Source: Methanosphaera stadtmanae DSM 3091 (GTDB lineage: Archaea > Methanobacteriota > Methanobacteria > Methanobacteriales > Methanobacteriaceae). Taken from it: a stretch of 32,000 nt of DNA. Under the pieces are notes generated by a model. That model was not told where the DNA came from and searched no databases. It worked only from the letters and a program-made list of their open reading frames with translations. Position numbers and translations under genes: made by a program. This document shows positions 29,072 through 32,000 of this stretch, in pieces. Within the stretch, counting starts at the first letter, position 1. Every line of letters starts with the position of its first letter. The stretch is from positions 690,001 through 722,000 of the forward strand of contig NC_007681.1 of NCBI RefSeq assembly GCF_000012545.1, given 5' to 3'.

Positions 29072-30880
29072 ATGATAAATAGTTTTAAAAAAGTTATTAA
29101 AGATAATAAAATAGAATTATTCTACATTACATTTCTAATAATTTCTCTACTAGTTATTAGTATTCCTAGATTATTTACACAATACTCTATAGGAATTGGT
29201 AATTGGGATACGTATCTTTATTTAGAAAATGCTCGTAGTTTTGCTAGTATGGGATGGGGTGATGTTGCTAGTATTTCACCTGTTGTTCCATATATATTAT
29301 CATTATTCTTTAGAATAATAAATAGTACACCTCAAGAGGCAATATTTAATCTAAGTGTATTGATGTACATAGTAGGAACTGTTAGTTTATATTTAATATT
29401 TAGATTCAAGTTTAATCATATGATAAGTTATGTTGGAAGTATAATTTATGCAACATTTACCCTACTTTATTCATGGGTTGCCATTGGAGGTAATGATATA
29501 ACAGGTGTTTCATTAACATTACTTACAATATATCTTATATTATTAGCACATGAAAAAAACAATAAATACTATTATATTGCCATGCCAATAGCGGCATTTG
29601 CATTTTTATCAAGATACACAGCAGGAGTAATGATTTTTGCAATAATCTTTTATTTATTAATTAATAAAATAAGTAAAAATGAATTTAAAACCTTCATTAA
29701 AGGTAGTGTTCTTGGAGTATTATGTGTTAGTCCATTTCTGTATCATTTCTATAGAATTTTATCCACACCTTTTCCATTTCTGGGACAATTTAGTGGTACT
29801 GTAAATAATACAAAAGTTCTTGATGCAGGATATCTTCCAGATACAATGTATTATATTAAACATATACCTAACTACATTACAAGTTATATACCACATACTG
29901 GTGCTACCTTTGAAAATGTAGTAAATCCTATGGGTAACATTCCATCTGTTATAAGCTATGTTTTTATAATATTATGTATAATTGGAATTTTTTTAATATT
30001 CTACAATAGTTATAAATATGTAATTAAAAGTAATAGAAGACTTTTAACAGGAAATAATCAAATCAATATAATAATAGCACTAATACTTACAATAATATGT
30101 CTTATTAGTATTAACAGTGTATCATATATCATTACAACAATACTTACACTTTCAGTATTATACATAATAAAGCATATACTGGAGGATTATGATATTTGGT
30201 ACTTAAATTATGATTTATTGATGTTATCCTTGCTACTGGTTTATATAATATTCCAATCAATACTCTCTACTAAAAATGATCGTTACTTTATCACAGTATT
30301 ACCATTTATAGCATACTTCATTACAAATGCCCTATATTATATCTATAATTTCATTGACTTTAAAATTGAAATAAAAAATATTAAAATATCAACAATAATA
30401 TCTATAGTGATTGTATTGTTCCTTCTTGGAAATTCATTATGTTATAATAATAATATTCCAGAAGAAAATCATTTTAATAACATTCAACAGGCATGTAAAT
30501 GGTTTGATGATAATTGTGAATTTGATAATACAACAGTAATTTATTCTGATAATTGGCCTGCAGTATCATGGTATTTGAATGTGTATTGTCGTAGAGGTGT
30601 TCCTGATGTTACTATGGAAAATACTACATGGACATTTACTAAGAATATATTAAAAAGTAATGATGAGCATGAACCTGCATCATTTTATATTGATACAAAT
30701 AATGAAAATAAGATGGATTATGTTGGACTTAGTAAGATTAAAAGTATTAATGATGTGCAAATCTATCAAAATACCTATGAAAAGGAATATAACATACGAA
30801 GTCGTGGTTTACTAGAATATAAAGATTATTATAACATGCTATTTAAAGAACATATGAATGAAAGTGATTATTATGATTAA
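29072..30880 (+). CDS. Polytopic membrane protein, putative GT-C-fold (ArnT/PMT-like) glycosyltransferase
   Basis: 602 aa with roughly 12 or more hydrophobic segments. An acidic motif follows TM1 in the first loop (GNWDTYLYLEN), and the hydrophilic C-terminal domain is about 140 aa. This topology resembles GT39/GT83 enzymes; the assignment is by resemblance only. Confidence 0.5.
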   Translation: MINSFKKVIKDNKIELFYITFLIISLLVISIPRLFTQYSIGIGNWDTYLYLENARSFASMGWGDVASISPVVPYILSLFFRIINSTPQEAIFNLSVLMYIVGTVSLYLIFRFKFNHMISYVGSIIYATFTLLYSWVAIGGNDITGVSLTLLTIYLILLAHEKNNKYYYIAMPIAAFAFLSRYTAGVMIFAIIFYLLINKISKNEFKTFIKGSVLGVLCVSPFLYHFYRILSTPFPFLGQFSGTVNNTKVLDAGYLPDTMYYIKHIPNYITSYIPHTGATFENVVNPMGNIPSVISYVFIILCIIGIFLIFYNSYKYVIKSNRRLLTGNNQINIIIALILTIICLISINSVSYIITTILTLSVLYIIKHILEDYDIWYLNYDLLMLSLLLVYIIFQSILSTKNDRYFITVLPFIAYFITNALYYIYNFIDFKIEIKNIKISTIISIVIVLFLLGNSLCYNNNIPEENHFNNIQQACKWFDDNCEFDNTTVIYSDNWPAVSWYLNVYCRRGVPDVTMENTTWTFTKNILKSNDEHEPASFYIDTNNENKMDYVGLSKIKSINDVQIYQNTYEKEYNIRSRGLLEYKDYYNMLFKEHMNESDYYD

Positions 30881-32000
30881 TAACTTTAATTTAAAAAATA
30901 AATTATTGATTTTACTTATTATAATATCAAGTATATATACAGCAATTCTAGTACATATTCAATCAATTATTGGTGTTAGTTATTGGGATATCTTTGTTTA
31001 TCTGCAAAATTCAATGTTATTTGCTCATATTAATATTGGTAGTCAACTTAGTGTTCCTCCAGTATTATCTCTATTAACATCAATACCCTTCAGGATGGGA
31101 TTTATTTCTGAAACAACATTGTTTTGTGTTTCAGGAATATTATTTATTCTATTGATTGTTGGAATTTACTTGTTATTTAATGAGAAATTTTCACCAGAAC
31201 TATCATTTATTGGAAGTTTATTCTTTTCAATGTTATCATTAGTTGTAACATGGGCTGTAACAGGATCAAATGATATTCCCTCATTAACATTTAGTGTATG
31301 GGCATTATATTTCACTATAAAAGGTTTAAATAAGAGTTTTAACTACTATTATCTTGCATTCACATGTTTTCTAATGGCTTTTTTCACTAGATTTACAGAG
31401 GGCTTTATTTTAATTGTAATGATAAGTTACATACTTATGAATAAAGATAAATTCAAAGTACAAATAAATAAAAATGATATTTTAAAGCTATTCATGTTCA
31501 TTGTCTTTCTATGTGCTATTATAGGAGGATTTTATCTATATAAACAACATACAATTCCATTTCTAAGTCAATTTATGGAGGTATCTAGTAGTAGTCAAGT
31601 ATCTTCAGTTAATATTGGTTATGATTTAAATCCATACTATTATATTGAATATATTCCACAATTATTAACAAGTACTAATGTAAGTTTGTTGTATGATAAA
31701 ACACTAACAACAATATACAACACACCTACACTTCTTTCATATGTAATTTTAGTATTAATGTGTGGTGGTGTTATTTTATCATTTAAAGGAGTATATAAAA
31801 AAGAGAATATTCATAATTTCTCCTTTATATTAGCAGTGATTTTAGGTATTATAACAATAATAACATATCTTCATGTATCTTATATATTTACAGAAATATT
31901 ATTTACAATAACATTACTGTTATTATATAAATCATCATTAAACAAAATAAATCAAATGGATTTACTTATGATTTTATGGATGGGAATTTTTATTATATTA
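30873..32000 (+). CDS. Paralogue of the preceding putative GT-C membrane protein (3' end lies outside the window)
   Basis: Absent from the ORF track because no stop is reached. ATG 30873 lies within ATGATTAA, overlapping the upstream stop by 8 nt. Translation MINNFNLKNKLLILLIIISSIYTAILVHIQSIIGVSYWDIFVYLQNS... is collinear with the upstream protein (GIGNWDTYLYLEN vs GVSYWDIFVYLQN; GGNDITGVSL vs GSNDIPSLTF; YYYIAMPIAAFAFLSRYTAG vs YYYLAFTCFLMAFFTRFTEG). The frame stays open to base 32000. Confidence 0.55.
   Translation, partial: MINNFNLKNKLLILLIIISSIYTAILVHIQSIIGVSYWDIFVYLQNSMLFAHINIGSQLSVPPVLSLLTSIPFRMGFISETTLFCVSGILFILLIVGIYLLFNEKFSPELSFIGSLFFSMLSLVVTWAVTGSNDIPSLTFSVWALYFTIKGLNKSFNYYYLAFTCFLMAFFTRFTEGFILIVMISYILMNKDKFKVQINKNDILKLFMFIVFLCAIIGGFYLYKQHTIPFLSQFMEVSSSSQVSSVNIGYDLNPYYYIEYIPQLLTSTNVSLLYDKTLTTIYNTPTLLSYVILVLMCGGVILSFKGVYKKENIHNFSFILAVILGIITIITYLHVSYIFTEILFTITLLLLYKSSLNKINQMDLLMILWMGIFIIL

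Noticed and set aside
1-32000. Scan for rRNA, tRNA, SRP/RNase P RNA, CRISPR arrays, transposases, integrases and prophage genes
   Set aside because: By eye I saw no GC-rich structured segments of tRNA or rRNA type, no regularly spaced 25-40-bp repeats, and no recombinase-like ORFs. A covariance-model scan would be needed to exclude small RNAs formally.

Overview
Very AT-rich archaeal chromosomal window; the gene content and order suggest a Methanobacteriales methanogen, and the Asn/Thr-rich giant surface proteins suggest Methanosphaera or Methanobrevibacter. This assignment is inferred from sequence only. The core region (1.9-7.9 kb, + strand) is the conserved archaeal translation/SRP cluster: RNase P Rpp21, YhbY, S19e, PDCD5-like protein, PP-loop ATPase, L39e, L31e, aIF6, LX/L18Ae, prefoldin alpha and FtsY. 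It is ordinary except for an expanded, internally duplicated acidic N-terminal domain in FtsY. Housekeeping genes follow: a SAM methyltransferase, a DUF368 membrane protein, a dUTPase/dCTP-deaminase family protein, a TPP enzyme, ABCE1 and an archaeal histone. The accessory content is: (i) two adhesin-like surface protein genes, one 5'-truncated at the window start and one intact at 2459 aa, the latter preceded by an 890-bp leader containing a C11 homopolymer; (ii) a beta-carbonic anhydrase broken by a frameshift in an A9 run; (iii) a minus-strand bacterial-type module (ABC ATPase, ABC-2 permease, XRE regulator, DUF4013-like membrane protein) with three 20-bp-phased direct repeats in its promoter region; (iv) a radical SAM/SPASM enzyme apparently co-transcribed with ABCE1; (v) two tandem, translationally coupled paralogous polytopic membrane proteins resembling GT-C glycosyltransferases. 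I recognised no rRNA, tRNA, CRISPR array or transposase. No complete, obviously novel multi-gene system can be proven from sequence alone. The strongest leads are the C11 tract upstream of the adhesin gene, the repeat-bearing FtsY A-domain, the phased promoter repeats of the ABC/XRE module, and the orphan SPASM enzyme linked to ABCE1.
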